Shown: piece by piece, positions 24,777 to 37,749 of the stretch
Layout of the letters: the number at the start of each line of letters is the position of its first letter
How positions within the stretch are numbered: position 1 is the first letter of the stretch
Assembly (NCBI RefSeq): GCF_018350175.1
Contig: NC_058383.1
Coordinates: 19,780,001-19,844,000 of the forward strand
Direction of reading: 5' to 3'
From: Felis catus
Lineage: Eukaryota
DNA: 64,000 nt
The notes under the pieces: generated by a model
The model's input: only the letters and a program-made list of their open reading frames with translations
Told to the model about the DNA's origin: nothing
Database searches by the model: none
Made by a program: the position numbers and the translations under genes

Positions 24777-26929
24777 GAGCAGGGCCAGCACGCTGAGCGG
24801 CTTTCCTCCTAAGACCCTTGCAACACCACCAACAGCAATAAAAAGAAACATTACTAGGGGGATGTCGTGGACATCTGTCGCGCTCCGTGGTTTCTTTTGA
24901 ACGCCTTTGGGAAGTCGTCTTCCTTAGCGGCCTTGCCTCCCCGAGAGAGAAGCCAAGAGGGCCGTTTGGCGGCCTCCCTTGCAGCCGGGGCGCAGGCCCT
25001 ACTCTCAGGGCAGCGGGAGGAAGGGTCTGGCAGGAGCGCTCGGGGTCCAGCCCTGGAGGCGTGCGTGGCAGCCGTGGGGGCTTTACGGCATTATCCTTGC
25101 TGTGTCATTCCTGGCTCTGCGGCCTCCCAGCCTGATTCTCTGGCTCCTCTGAAGACTTGGTGAAGGGAGGCTGGTGAATGCCTTCGTCCCCTATACCAGC
25201 CGCAGTGCAGCCTGTTGACGGGAACCGAGAACCCCGACTGGCCTAGGGGATGTGGAGGCGCCTCATGGAAGTCCGGGCCAGGACAGGCCCAGAGCAGGGA
25301 CGTGGAAAACCTCAACATGCTCTTTCCTTCCAAGTCTCATCTCGGTTTCTCTCTATCCATGCCCACGCATATGGTCTCGGATTTTTTTGTGTTTGCATGG
25401 GGGCCATGGTTATGAGTTCTAGCCTTGAAACAGACCCCATGTCCCTTGGCCCCAGCACCAAATTCTTGCAAGAAATATATCTGATTGGCCCGGTTACCGT
25501 GTCCCGGAGTAGAGTTACGTTATACAAACATTCTTGCAGCGTCCCCTCCCTTTGGCAGTTCCCGGGAAAGAAAATTTGTTGTGAGCTGGACAGATGTCCC
25601 CAAGGATCTACCCCATTCAAGAACATTTCTGCGGCTGAAACCAAAGAGGCCACTCTGGTCTTTATGGAGGCCCCACCCTGTGGGTGTCTGTCTCTGTCCA
25701 GGGCTGGAGATATGGCTCTGATACAACAGTGAATTAAAAAATATGCATTTTCCTCCCCCTCTTCTCCCTCCCCCCCCAACAGAGCACACAGCAGTGACAT
25801 CCGCGGATGGAAAAATGGGACTCTTGAGGCCAAAGGATCTTGTAAGCGCAGGTAAATCCCAGCCACCGCGGAAAATCAGGCAAGTGCGCCCAGGGAGCTG
25901 CAGGTTACATGCTGGCCTCCTCTGCACCTGCCATGTGCCTGGCACTGAAGGGACGCACCCACCCTCCCAAGCACCAGGACCCCGGTGCACCTGGCTGCTT
26001 TTCTGTAGCATCCTGGGCTCCACATATATGCAAAATTGAAACCGAGAAGAAAGCCTTTGGGTCGGTTTTACAGAAGCAACGTGAAATGGGATGTTTCCTA
26101 GAATCTAGACTTCTCCCGAGGGCGAAAATCCCCTGCTTTTAGGAATAAAAGGCTTAACTCACTGGGAGAGCAAAACACAGCCACACGGGGCTGGTCCGTC
26201 CACATGCAAAGTCCACGTGCGTGTGCATGGGAGCACACGTCCCTTGTCCTTGGCCACTGGGAATGGGCGAGCTCACAGCAGCTTCCCACAGCCTTCTGTC
26301 CTGTTCTCTGCCGCCATCAGCCCCTCTTCTGTCTCTGGGTCTCCAAAGACACCAGACGCTTTCCCCACCTCCCTTGCAGTGACGTAAGCATGTGCCCTCC
26401 GAGTGCGACCAAAGTCACGGTGACTTCACCAGCAGACTCATGGTTGAGACGACTTGGTGTCTGGCCAAGATAGGAGATTCCCAAACATCCTCCTCTTCAA
26501 GCAAACAGTGGAGACCTTTGGGAATCAAACGACCCACATTCCAATGTGGCTTCTGCACACATTATGTGGCCTCAGCCTGGTCCTCAGTTTCCTCATCTTG
26601 AGAGGGGAATGTTAATAACGCTGGCCTCTCAGGCTGTGGGCAGGGCTGGACCCGAGTGTAAACCCCACGAGGGTGGGAACCTTGCTGTCTCAGTCACCAC
26701 CTTATACCCACATTATGCTATGGGCGCACGGTGGGTGCCTAACAGATGTGCACTGAGTGGATGAGTGTGCAGATATCAGGACCGTGACGGGGCCCTGAAA
26801 TCTCAGCTGACAAGCTAAATGAATCCCCAAGTAGGGCCCAGACCAGTGCCAGGTTCCTGTGGGAGACATGCGGAGGGCGAGGGAGGGGAGGAAAGTGTTA
26901 AATGGTGAGTCTCCGGCCCCCCCCCCATC

Positions 26930-27140
26930 CGAGCAGATCGGCTTTTATCAGATTTATGCAAGAGATTCATTCCTGAAGCTATGCATTATTCAAGACTAAA
27001 TTTCCCAGAGGGATGAATGTAAAGCCAGATCTGCATTATTTCAAAATCTGAGCATACGGCGAGTCTTTATTAATATTTTTAAATCGCCCGATTTCCAAGG
27101 CACATAATGCAAATTTGCATGAAATGTGACACGCCGTTTC
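26930..27140. promoter_or_regulatory. Candidate enhancer with a POU-site cluster
   Basis: ATGCAAATTTGCAT palindrome at 27107-27120; TGCATTATT twice; AGATTTATG. Confidence 0.5.
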
Positions 27141-27929
27141 AGGGTTCTGGGCAGGATTTGGTGGGCAGAAAGTTTTCCGAGGGTTGACAAAGTTCGTGCC
27201 CTGGCCTCCTGAATTTGGGGCCGGGGTCTGTAATCAGGGGTGAGGTTCGGTCATAATCATTTGATATTCAAAGTAGTTGAAACACCAACATCAAGGGATA
27301 GTTTCCTTTAACACAAATCACAGCTGATTCAAAGTTATTCCTACGGAGCAGGGTGAGTTATTGAAAAATTAATTGCCGCCCTTTTTTCTTACTGCTTTAG
27401 ACTCATCGGAAGGGCATAAAGGGACCTTTTCTCCCATTTTCCTGGGACCTTGCTGCCAAGTGCAGAGGGTTTCGCCCCCGCCCCGCCCCTGCCCAGTGCA
27501 GGAAGGCGAAAGATACGGACCCTTGGGTTCTGCCCACCTGGTCTAAGGTGGGCCCAGAACTCTGCATTTTTAACAGGTGCTTCAGGGAGACTCTAATATG
27601 GTGGGAAGAACCCTGGATGTTTGAGGCTCCCTGGAGAGGAATTTAGCTGGCTCACCCGGGGGTGGGGGGGCAGAGGTGAAGGAGGCTGGTATTGGCGGGG
27701 AAGGGGACCTTTTGGCCTCAGGAACTAGGTGGGGAGATGTTGCAGTGGACCTCCAGGTGGCGGTTCCTAGCCGGGAGTGGCTCCGTGGGGTCTGTAAGGG
27801 CTGGACGCAGTTCTGCAGCCCTAGGGTGTTGTCCACAGTGCCTCGCGGGGTGTCTGTCACCCATCCTAAAGGGCAGATGGACACGGAGGACAGGGGTGTT
27901 GGGCATGATGGTGGCGATTTCAATAGCAA

Positions 27930-28100
27930 ACGTTCCTTAGTGCCAGGCACCGGTCTCACTTTGTTAAACCCCCCAAGTCACAGGTCTTGTTAATACCCTT
28001 CATTTTACAGATGAGGCCACTGAGGCACAGAGAGGTTTAGCAACTTGCCCAAAGTCACACAGCCAGCGAAAGGCAGAGCTGGTATCTACATTTTAGCGGT
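27930..28100 (-). mobile_element. MIR
   Basis: cattttacagatgaggccactgaggcacagagaggtttagcaacttgcccaaagtcacacagc. Confidence 0.88.
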
Positions 28101-28387
28101 AGTCTGTTCTTGGTCCCTGTGTTCCTCAGCCACAAGCAGTAACTGTGACGACGTGACCACACAAACTGGAGACTGAATCCTTTCTGATTATTTTGGACCA
28201 AGCCCTGCGGGGTTTGTAAGATCCACGGAAAAGGAGAAGTATCCAGAAATCGAGCACTCTCGGACTTACCACCTGTATTGATAATGGAGACACGATTTGA
28301 TTTGGAAATGCAACGAAATGGGACATATCTTGCACTTCAGGAGTTACAGAACAATTCATACCCGTGGCCCCAATAAGAATGAATGTC

Positions 28388-28513
28388 GGGGTGCCGGGGT
28401 GGCTCAGTCAGTTGAGCTTCTGGCTCTTGATTTTGGCTCAGGTCATGGTCTCAGGGATTGTGAGCCTGAGCCCCGTGTCAGGCTCTGTGCCACCAACATG
28501 GAGCCTGCTTGGG

Positions 28514-28554
<41 letters not shown>

Positions 28555-28617
28555 CTCCCCTGCTCATGCATGCTCTCTCTCTCTCTCAAAATAAATAAAT
28601 AAACATTAAAAAAAAAA
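28388..28617 (+). mobile_element. Can-SINE
   Basis: Full body; TSD core gaatgtc on both sides. Confidence 0.95.
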
Positions 28618-28641
28618 GAATGTCAAAGTCACTCATTTGCA

Positions 28642-28957
28642 TTTTATTTTTTATTTCAGAGTGAGAAAGAGAGAATGAGAGCCAGGGAGAGGGACAGAGG
28701 GAAAGAGAGAGACTCTGAAGCAGGCTTCATGCCTCAGCATGGAGCCCAATGCAGGGCTCGATCCAACGACCCTGGGATTATGACCTGAGCCAAAGGCAAG
28801 AGCGACCTGGGCCTTGGAATCTCCAGGGACACCTGGGCGGCTCAGCGGGTTGAGCGTCCGACTTTGGCTCAGGTCTTGATGTCACCGTTGGTGGGTTCGA
28901 GCCCCGTGTCGGGCTCTGTGCTTGACAGAATCAACCAACTGAATGACCCAGGCACCC
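28642..28957 (-). mobile_element. Can-SINE interrupted by an opposite-strand SINE 5' fragment (28826-28928)
   Basis: Antisense body stops at ...caagagcgac and resumes tcaaccaactgaatgacccaggcaccc; flanks share ttgcatttt. Confidence 0.85.
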
Positions 28958-29334
28958 TGCTTGCATTTTGGAGATGCTTTCTTTCTTAATTTAATTTTTG
29001 GAATAAACGCCATGCTGTATAATCTAAAAAGAGATTTATAAAAAAAAAAAATCAATCCTCTTCTTACCCATTGTGGTCTCTTAGATGACATTTATTTCCT
29101 TTGTTTTTTTTTTCCAGTGGCTCTTTAGGCGAATGCAAGCACGTGTGTTTGTATGCTCCCTCCTTTGTTACACAAAAGGTAGCAAACTGTACTTACTGTC
29201 CTATGTCTTGTTTTTTCCACTTGCCAGTATGTTCTGGAGCTCCTTCCAGAGAGCTTCTTAATCGTGATTTATATTATTTTACGGCTGCATAGGAGGGTAT
29301 GCTAGAATCCGCCGTTCTGGTTCTGGAGAGCTGA

Positions 29335-29407
29335 TTTTTTAAAAAAAATGTTTAACATTTATGTATTTTTGAGAGACAGGGAGAGCACAAGCAGGGGAGG
29401 GGCAGAC

Positions 29408-29438
<31 letters not shown>

Positions 29439-29570
29439 CAGAATCCGAAGCAGGCTCCAGGCTCCGAGCTGTCAGCACAGAGCCTGACGTGGACCTCGAA
29501 CCCACGAACGGTGAGATCATGACCCGAGCCGAAGTCGGCCGCTCAACCCGCTGAGCCGCCCAGGAGCCCC
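29335..29570 (-). mobile_element. Can-SINE
   Basis: Full antisense body; TSD core agagctga. Confidence 0.95.
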
Positions 29571-30081
29571 TGAAGAGCTGACCCTCAAGCTGTCAGAAAT
29601 CTCGAGAGTGGGTTGGTGGCATGCTGGCAGCTTGCAGTGGCCACGGTGGAATTATTTGCTTGGCAGAAGTGGGTCGACTCCAAGGCCCAGGGCTTCCTGC
29701 TCAGACAGCCCGGGGGGCATTTACGGCCCTGCACCCCTTGCGTGGGGGCCCTAAGGTTTAGCTGACCAACCTCCTATCCACGGAGCCGTGAGACGTTTCA
29801 AATATTCTGTTTTTCATAAATGGTGCTTCAGTGAGTACCTGTTGTCTGCCTCGAGAGGGAGAGAAAGGGGACACTGTGGCAGCCGGAGGGGTGGAGACTG
29901 CCCACAGCCCCTACCCTTACCCAAGGCTCAGTGTGGCCTTGGACCAGCGTATCCAAGGGCTTATTAGAGATGCCCATCCCCAGGCCCCACCCCAGAACTA
30001 CCGAGTCAGGCAGGGTCTGCATTTGAAGGTGCCCCTGTGGTCCAGGTGCCCCCAGGCACCTGACAAGGTTCCCTCAACCAT

Positions 30082-30302
30082 CTTTCTTTCCTTTTTTCAT
30101 GTTCATTTAGTTTTGAGATGGAGCGTGAGCAGGGGAAGAGCAGAGAGAGTTGGGGGGCGCGGGGTGGGGGCGGACAGAAGATCTGGGGCCGGCTCTGCAA
30201 TGACAGCAGTGAACCCGGTGCGGGGCTCGAACCCACAAACCGTGAGATCAATGACCTGAGCTGAAGTCCCACGCTCAACCGGCTGAGCCACCCAGGCGCC
30301 CC
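30082..30302 (-). mobile_element. Can-SINE
   Basis: Antisense body ending ccacccaggcgcccc. Confidence 0.92.
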
Positions 30303-30694
30303 CGTTGGCAATGTTTCTAAGGCCCGGAGCACCCAGGAGTATCACCCACTCCTTCTCGATCTTACGCGTGGGAAGCATTTGCTGCTCTTTGTGCAAGGAC
30401 TTACCCTCTGGTGACAAAAGACCCCTTAAGGGCACAGTGGTGGAAAACAAGTGTTTACCCCAGTGTTTCTGTAGAAATGGTCAGTGTGACCCTCCCCCTC
30501 CCCGTCAGGCCGCCCCCAGCGAGGAACGTCCTTAAAAAGCAGGAAACCCAGGTTACCTCTTAACCGCACCAGTCCTGGGACCAGACCTTTCAAGAGTGAG
30601 AGCCGAGAGAAGACCGAGAGGGCGCCAGTGTGCGTGAGCTCGCGCGTGTGGCCTGGGAACACTGATGGGTCGAGGGAGGAGAAAGGGGAACATT

Positions 30695-30713
30695 GGGCGC
30701 CCCCTGCTGGCCG
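30695..30713 (-). promoter_or_regulatory. Strong CTCF motif in a CpG-rich patch
   Basis: Minus strand reads CGGCCAGCAGGGGGCGCCC, a full match to the core consensus. Confidence 0.7.
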
Positions 30714-31189
30714 ACCTGGGTAGTGACTGGAACGGGTGCCCAGGCCGGGTGGTAACAAGGGGAAACGGAAATGATGATGACGTCGCGGGTGGGCTGCAGC
30801 TTTGGAGGAAGGAGACTGTTCTCATGCACGCACACACATGTGCACACCCTGCTATAAGTGACCGATCTCGTTAGCTGAGGCTGTACCAGGTGGTTCTCTA
30901 GAGTGGGAGCACCCCCCCCCCCCGGGGGAGTGGGGGGTGGGAAGCAGAGCCGAACCCAGGCTCTCCTCAACAGTGCGTCCACCTCCACCTGGCCAGGAGG
31001 CAGGGGGTCCACGCTTCTGCAGTTAAGAGCAGCTAACACTTATTGAGAATGTAGTATGTGCCAGGAGCTGCCCTCACTTCATCTGGTGTTAATCTTTACA
31101 ATAGCCCTTCTGTCCGAGTGGACTAAATCCTCAGTAGGTACTACTTGAATGAACAAACAAGCCGTTTGAATGGGATATTATTGCCCTGT

Positions 31190-31640
31190 TAGCTTTGACA
31201 TCATCTCCTGCCACTCTCTGTGCCCACTGTGTTCCTTGCTTCTCCTGACCACTCTAGGCACACCTGCCTCAGGACCTTTGCGTGTCTGTTCCCTCTGCCT
31301 GAATGCTTTTCACCCAACATCATGTGGCTGGCTCCCACCTCTCCCTCAGGCCTGTACTCCAATGGCCCCTTCTCTCTGGGGCCTTTCCTAAGCACCTTAA
31401 AATTACAGTACCCTCTCCCTCCTTCCCCTATTTAATCTCCCCCAGTTGCTTACTCACATTCTATATGCACTGCTTGCTGACTGTGTTCATTGTCTGTCTT
31501 GCCCACTAGGATATAAGCTCCTTCAGGCCAGGATGTCTGTCTGCTGGCTCACTGCTGTCCTCTGGGGTCCTGTGACCCGGCCTGGCTCAGACTAGGTGCT
31601 CAGTAGATATTTACTCATTGTATGAAAGAATGAATGCGTT
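31190..31640 (+). mobile_element. L2 3' end
   Basis: cctgcctcaggacctttgcgtgtctgttccctctgcctgaatgc...cccactaggatataagctcc...taggtgctcagtagatattt. Confidence 0.85.
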
Positions 31641-31811
31641 CTCTTTTCACAGAGGAAGAAACCACGGCTCTGAGGAAGGAGCTGATCACTGTCCAAGGTC
31701 ATATGGCAAATAAGTGGCAGAGGTGGGATTCAAGTCCAGGCTGAGTCCAAAGCTTGGAATGTAAGTTTTGATCCTGGGGCAGGGCGGGGGGAGAGCCGGA
31801 CCAGTCTTTTT

Positions 31812-32010
31812 TTTTTTTTTTTTTTTTTAATGTTTATTTCTTTTTGAGACAGAGCGCGAGCAGGGGAGGGGCAGAGAGAGAGGGAGACACAGAATCTGAA
31901 GCAGGCTCCAGGCTCCGAGCTGTCAGCCCAGAGCCCGATGCAGGGCTTGAACCCACAAACCGTGAGATCACGACCTGAGCCGAAGTCGGACTGAGCCACC
32001 CAGGTGCCCC
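31812..32010 (-). mobile_element. Can-SINE
   Basis: TSD GGACCAGTCTTTTT at 31798-31811 and 32012-32025. Confidence 0.95.
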
Positions 32011-32043
32011 TGGACCAGTCTTTTTAGGTGAGTTGCCTTCAGG

Positions 32044-32570
32044 TGTAGGGGAGGAAACAAGTTATTTTTCCCCCCATCCACCTTAGTGTCATGGATAGAG
32101 CCCTTGAATTAGATAAAAAAAAAAAACTGGATTAAGAAGAGGAAACAGTGTATTAATGTGTGCGGTGCTGAGTCACTCAAAGCATGGTTAGAACTTGGGC
32201 GTCCATGGTGTCTTAACAAAGAACAAGACATTCATAGACAGGTGACAGGGCAAAAGGGAAAAGACTTTGAGCTTCCAGGGCAACAAATGTGTGAAGGTCA
32301 CTACAGGGAAGGTAGTTATTGAGCTTGGTTGATTAGCTGGGCTGATACGAGTCCAGAGTTGCCTCCACCGATTGACTTCTGTCCTTTCTGGTAAAGAGGG
32401 GAGGGGGGCGCCCTTACAGATTTGTGTTTAGCTTTCAAGTGACGGGGGGGGGGGGGGCAGAGACCGAGAGCTTTTCTGCTACCTGTTTGTTTTCCTCCAT
32501 CGCCTTGGGCTCAAAATAATCCTTATGCCGGAGTAGAGTATTTTGAGGTGGCCTATCTTGCTACCCTCCA
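32044..32570 (-). mobile_element. MER34-like ERV1 solo LTR
   Basis: gctcaaaataatccttatgcc...tattttgaggtggcctat near the 5' end; tgtaggggaggaaa at the 3' end; TG...CA termini. Confidence 0.75.
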
Positions 32571-32889
32571 GAGATGAAGGGTCTCAGTGGCTGACTCTCG
32601 CCCTCTGTGCACCAGCGAGGACAAAGAAGTTTCCGGCGTCCTGCCAGGTGTCTCCAGGTAGCTGCAGGGAATGAGAGGGCGCACGGAGGCTTGTCTGGGA
32701 CATCGTCTTCATTGTTGCTTTGCTTCAGGGGACAGGGACGTTTTATCAGCACTTTCGTGGGGAGGTCGGCCTGTGCAAGTGCCCTGTTTGACAACCCCCT
32801 CTGCACGTAGACCCCAGAGGCTGTACAGCGCAGCCCTCGGGAGTGAGCCCGGGGCCGTGTCCACACCAGGGCAGCTAGGTGGTTGACTG

Positions 32890-33200
32890 TTGCAGTGTGC
32901 CCATTAGCTGACATAATCAGGGAGTGAATTAACTTCTGCTTTTCTGGTCGTATTTTAAAGGCACTTTTTTTAAAGCCTTTTTTTTTTTTTATTTTTTGGA
33001 GGCGATGCACTCTTCAGAAATTAAATCTAGACTGTGATTTTATTACCCTTTTTATTTAATTTATCCTAACGGTTGCATTCAAGCTGTGAACCAGCTGTTG
33101 ACTTTGAAAAAACATTGTTCAATTTGAAGGGAGCATTTTAAAACTTAATGTAATGGCTGTAAGTAATCACTACAGCAATTACGCTCCCCGGCACGGTGCG
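32890..33200. promoter_or_regulatory. Candidate conserved non-coding element / enhancer
   Basis: AT-rich, repeat-free island with many TAAT/ATTA cores, CATTGTT (Sox), TAACGG (Myb) and CAGCTG. Confidence 0.45.
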
Positions 33201-33619
33201 TCACAAGGGGCGCGGGAGGGATTTGGAAGAATGCTCAGGTGGGCAGAGGGATGGCTTGGGCAAGAGGCAGGCCTGTGGCTCTGGGGGAGCGGGCGCTGGG
33301 GGACGGGGGACACAGAGACCTGCCTGCCACACAAGTCTGTCTGTCCTCCCGGGGCTCGTGTGGGGGGGACCAGTTTGCCAGGGGCCCAGGTTCAGCCGAG
33401 CGTGTGGATCTGCTCAGCTTCCAGGCACCTGCTGTCTCCTGCCAGCCACTTAATCTCATCTGAGAGGCTTTGCCCTGGCCCCTGCTCCTTGCGACGGACA
33501 GAGAAATATACGAAGTTCTGAGGCTGGACACTGTTTCGGGGGCTTAACCTGGGCACACCTCTCTGCTTTCGCACTGATTCATCTACTCCCTTAATCACAA
33601 GTCCGTTGCCAGAAAAGCA

Positions 33620-34021
33620 GGCACGGAATCTTCCTATCCCTTCATGTGGTTGCTTTGTAATGTGCTTCTCCTGTTAAGAAGTGAAGTCTAGTTCTCTAAC
33701 TCTTGGAGCTGAGCTTGGTCACGCGATGCCCCCAGAGCTGGCATGCTGACATTAGTACCCTCTTGCTGTCCTGAGACCTCTGGGTGAAGAAGCCCAGACC
33801 AGGCTGCTGGATGACGCGAGACCCTGTAGAACACGGTTGGGCCGGCCCAGCTGATGGGCCCGGAAGCCGCCTGCTAGCCTGCAAGGAACCGCTTGAGACC
33901 ATCCAGCTGCGGTGAGCCGGCCCAGCAAATCTACCGAGTCGTGAGCGAAATCAAGTAATGGTTGTTTTGAGCCACCGTCTTTTGGGATGGTTTGCTCTGT
34001 AGTAAATGTGAAACTGAAACA
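33620..34021 (+). mobile_element. MLT1H-like MaLR LTR
   Basis: taatggttgttttgagccaccgtcttttgggatggtttgctctgtagtaaatgtgaaactgaaaca 3' end. Confidence 0.7.
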
Positions 34022-35569
34022 ACCACCATCCAAGTATCTCATGGTGCCTAACCTATGCTAAGCATTGCACTTGGCTGTGGGGAGGTAGAGTGCCCCTGAT
34101 CACGGCTTCTGGTCGGCTGGTCACCTCTTGCCTGGGGTGCCGCATTCCAGTCCATTGTCCTGCCCTGTTCTGCAGACCGCGTGGCCTCCGGGTCCCAGAC
34201 TTAGCTCGAAGCCCCTCCCTAGCACCACCCTGAGATGGGCAGTGGGCACTGCCGGGGCAGCTTAGTGGTTGAGGGCAACAGGCTAATGGGGGAGGGTTTC
34301 AAATCCTACTTCTCTATTTCTCACCATTCACTGTCATCGGCATAGATGGTATCGTGAGACTGTCTGGATTCCGGTCCCACCTCGGTCACCTGAGGCCAAT
34401 GGACACAACCTCACTAAGCCCCAAGTTTCCTATCTGTAAAATGGGGGTGATAGTAGCCCATTCGCCGGGCTATTCTGAGGATCGCCTGCCACATTATAAA
34501 TACTCGCTCAGTACGAGACTTAGTATCATCAGCCCCCGAGTCTCAGTTTCTCGGTCTTTGAAATGGACTGACATCATGCCGCCAATGGCTGACAACCGCC
34601 TCGGGATGGTAGGAGGATGAGAAGAGATAAGTGTGTTGAAATGACTTACTGCTGGACCTCATGCGTGGAACGGGCTCCATACACAGCAAATACTGGCTTT
34701 GCTATCAGTGTTGTTATCAAGGAGGGTTACTGGGGGAAGCTCTGGGCTGAGGCTGGCCTTCCGCCCCCGTGCGCTGAGCACTCAGGGGGAGGCTTCAGGC
34801 AGACCATCCCCGTCCTTCCTGCACATAGGTTTTCGCTTCAGTGTCACTGTGACCCCCCCACACTTGCCCTGTGTGCGGTTTATGAACTTTTCTTCTCTGG
34901 CTTCAGTTTTTTCGGATTGAAAATGGATGGTTTCAGAATGGCAACTAGTTTCAAGTTGTGCACTTCTCTGATCGATTGGTAATGCCTGCCCAGAGTCAGG
35001 AATGGAGGTCTTGCCTACCCGGGCTGGGCGGAGGGAGTGCCACGATCGATTAGTGATGTCTGCAGTGGATGTGAGAGGGAAGGGTGGAGTGTATTTGCGG
35101 CCCCGGACAGCTGATCTCTCAGGAGTCTCCTCGGGATACCAAGATTCAGTCTGTGTGTGCATTTCTGACCTGACAAGACTGTATATCACCTTTAGAGTTG
35201 TGGGTGCCTCAGAGCGGAGCTCGTATTATTCATCTTCATATTCTCAGGACCTAGCAAGGAGTCTCCATCCTCAAATGGCCTGGAGGAAAGAGCATAGAGT
35301 GAAAGTAGAAGATAGCTGGAGTCACATCCCAGAGCGGCTGTTTCCCAGCTTTGTGACTGTGCAGTGGCAATCTCTAGTGTGCTGGTGGCCAAATATTCCA
35401 GATCTCTCATTTTTAGGAAGCGAGGTAGGATGGCCAGGTAGGATCGTGGGTTTCGCTTGGACCAGTGGGTTGTGAGCAGAAGTGAGACCCTTGAGGGATC
35501 GCTCTATCCTTCCTCCATGAAAACCAGCAAAAATGTTCCAGGTGGGACCTCTCCAACCACCTGGACCCC

Positions 35570-35911
35570 AGAGTGAAGATTGGGCCCCCTGGGAAGCAGA
35601 TTCTGAGAGGGAGAGCCACGTGCGTAAAGTTTACCGGGATCTCAAGATCCATTCTCCTAGGGGAACAGAAGGAACCGGGATGCGGCAGAGATCGGGACGT
35701 TGGGATCCACAGTAGAGCTAAGGAGCAGATGTCTCAAGCTGGGGCAATGGTCTGAGCTCTTATATCTGCACGTCAACCACTCATTGGATGTGAGTTACCC
35801 CCATAAAGGAGATGTGAGCTGGCGAGAAATGGATCTCTGCAGCTGTGAATGATTCCTGGAGAGGGATGACGGCCGAGGGCTGAGGGCAGCCCTCCCAGCC
35901 ACTGGGGAATA
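35570..35911 (-). mobile_element. LTR33-like ERVL LTR
   Basis: cctgggaagcagattctgagagggagagccacgtgcgtaaagttta; cactcattggatgtgagttacccc. Confidence 0.6.
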
Positions 35912-36820
35912 GCAGTGAGCAGCCGGAGCTAGCTTCCTTCGGCCAACAAGGGCTTGTCGTTAAATGTTCAGAAATGCTGTGAGCCAGTTATTCAATACAG
36001 CCATCGTTGAAAAATTGTGTAAACCTATAATTAAATACGTCTTGTTAAAAACAAAGGTGATGAATACTCAGAGCACGTTGCTTCTGAATTGCTTTACTAC
36101 ATTTTACTTTTACCTAAGCCTTGAATTGATTCACGTCCGCGGTCTCTGTGGGGGGGGGGGGGGGACTCCTTCATGCCATACAATCACACATCTCCAGCCC
36201 TGCCTTCCAGGGACCGTGGTGACTTGAAATCGGTCACAGTGGAGGTACTTGTCCCACAGACATAGGCAAATGCTACAACTCAGGGCCTTGTTCATTGTTG
36301 AGTTGAGGAAGTGATGGGAAAAAGGCAGGTTAAACCAGAAAGCGCCGTATCAGTAGCCGTTACATTGTGAATAGGAAAAGAATTGTCAAGTCATAGCTGA
36401 AACGCAGCTTTAGGAAGGCTAGAGGTGTAAGGGATCAGGAGAAACCAACAAAAGCGTTCTATGAGCATTATTTGGCTATATGGAATTTACAATAAAGAGT
36501 ACTGTGTGTTTTATCGTTATTGATAAACTATACTGCACGACCTTTATATCGGCAAAATTTATAAATGAATGCGTATATATGCATACAGGTGCGTGTGGAT
36601 AAATATGTGTATATGTACGGACATGTATGTGCACATGTATTTTTTTTCCCCTCAGAGAACAATTATTTTTTTATTAATTAACATTTTTTGGGTAATGTTT
36701 ATTTATTTTTGAGAGAGAGCATGAGTGGGGGAGGGGCAGAGAGAGAGAGGGGGACAGAGGATCCAAAACAGACTCTGTGCTGTCCGCAAAGACTCTGATG
36801 TGGAGTCAGCGTATACTGAC
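35912..36820. mobile_element. MER63-family hAT-Blackjack element, with a truncated antisense Can-SINE at ~36670-36808
   Basis: gttaaatgttcagaaatgctgtgagccagttattcaatacagccat; aaaaacaaaggtgatgaatactca; tttactacattttac. Confidence 0.78.
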
Positions 36821-36996
36821 TGATACACTTGGGCAAAGTGTATTCTCCGGGCTGTGGTTTCTTCATAATAAAACCTCCCTCTGTAGGACTTCAGAGAAGG
36901 TTAGATATGATGTCTATGTTACCGCTGGCATCCAGGAGGCACTCAAAACTAGTAATGCTTTTTATTGGTAGCCGTCTTAAATGATTCATTCATTAC

Positions 36997-37208
36997 TTAT
37001 TTTATTTTCAAGTTTATTTCTGAAAGAGAGAGAGAGAGAGCATGAGCAGGGGAGGGGCAGAGAGAGAGGGAGACACAAAATCCAAGGCAGGCTCCAGGCT
37101 CTGAGCTGTCGGCACAGAGCCCGATGCAGGGCTCGAACTCTCGAACTTGCGAGATCATGACCTGAGTTGAAGTCGGGTGCTCAACCGACTGAGCCACCCA
37201 GGCGCCCC
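36997..37208 (-). mobile_element. Can-SINE
   Basis: Full antisense body. Confidence 0.95.
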
Positions 37209-37749
37209 TTAAGTGATCTATTTATTAACTTATCTGTTTGAAAATGCTCTTGAACCAGTTCCTCTTTGAGTCACCTTTGTAGAGCTGTGGATGAGGACAC
37301 AGCCCTCTGCCCCTCTGCCTCTCCTGGTTATCCGTCTCCATTCTCTCTGCCCCTCTAGGTGTCTTTCTCTTCATGTGTGTCCAGCTCAAGATCCCAATCT
37401 AAGGGACTGAACCCAAAGCCACCAGTCCCAGCTGGGAGGGGCAGCCCCACAGAGATTCTGCAGGGTTAACTGCCCAGTTACTATTCTGCAGCGACTGTGT
37501 CCCCAGGTCAAATGCTACCCCGCCTACCTCGCCCCAGCAGGCAAGGGCCATAAAGATTAGTGTCCTGAGAAACAGCCTGGAGGCAGCAGTCTCCGCCGAA
37601 ATAGGAACCTTAATACAAAATAAAAATGAAGACTGGCCAGTCCTTACACAGGCTCCAGCGGCCAAGGCCAGGGAGGGGGCTGCTGGGACCAGAAGCTCTG
37701 AGGGGCAGCCTGGCTCCCCAAGGAATTCCACAGGGAGGCCGGGATTGAG

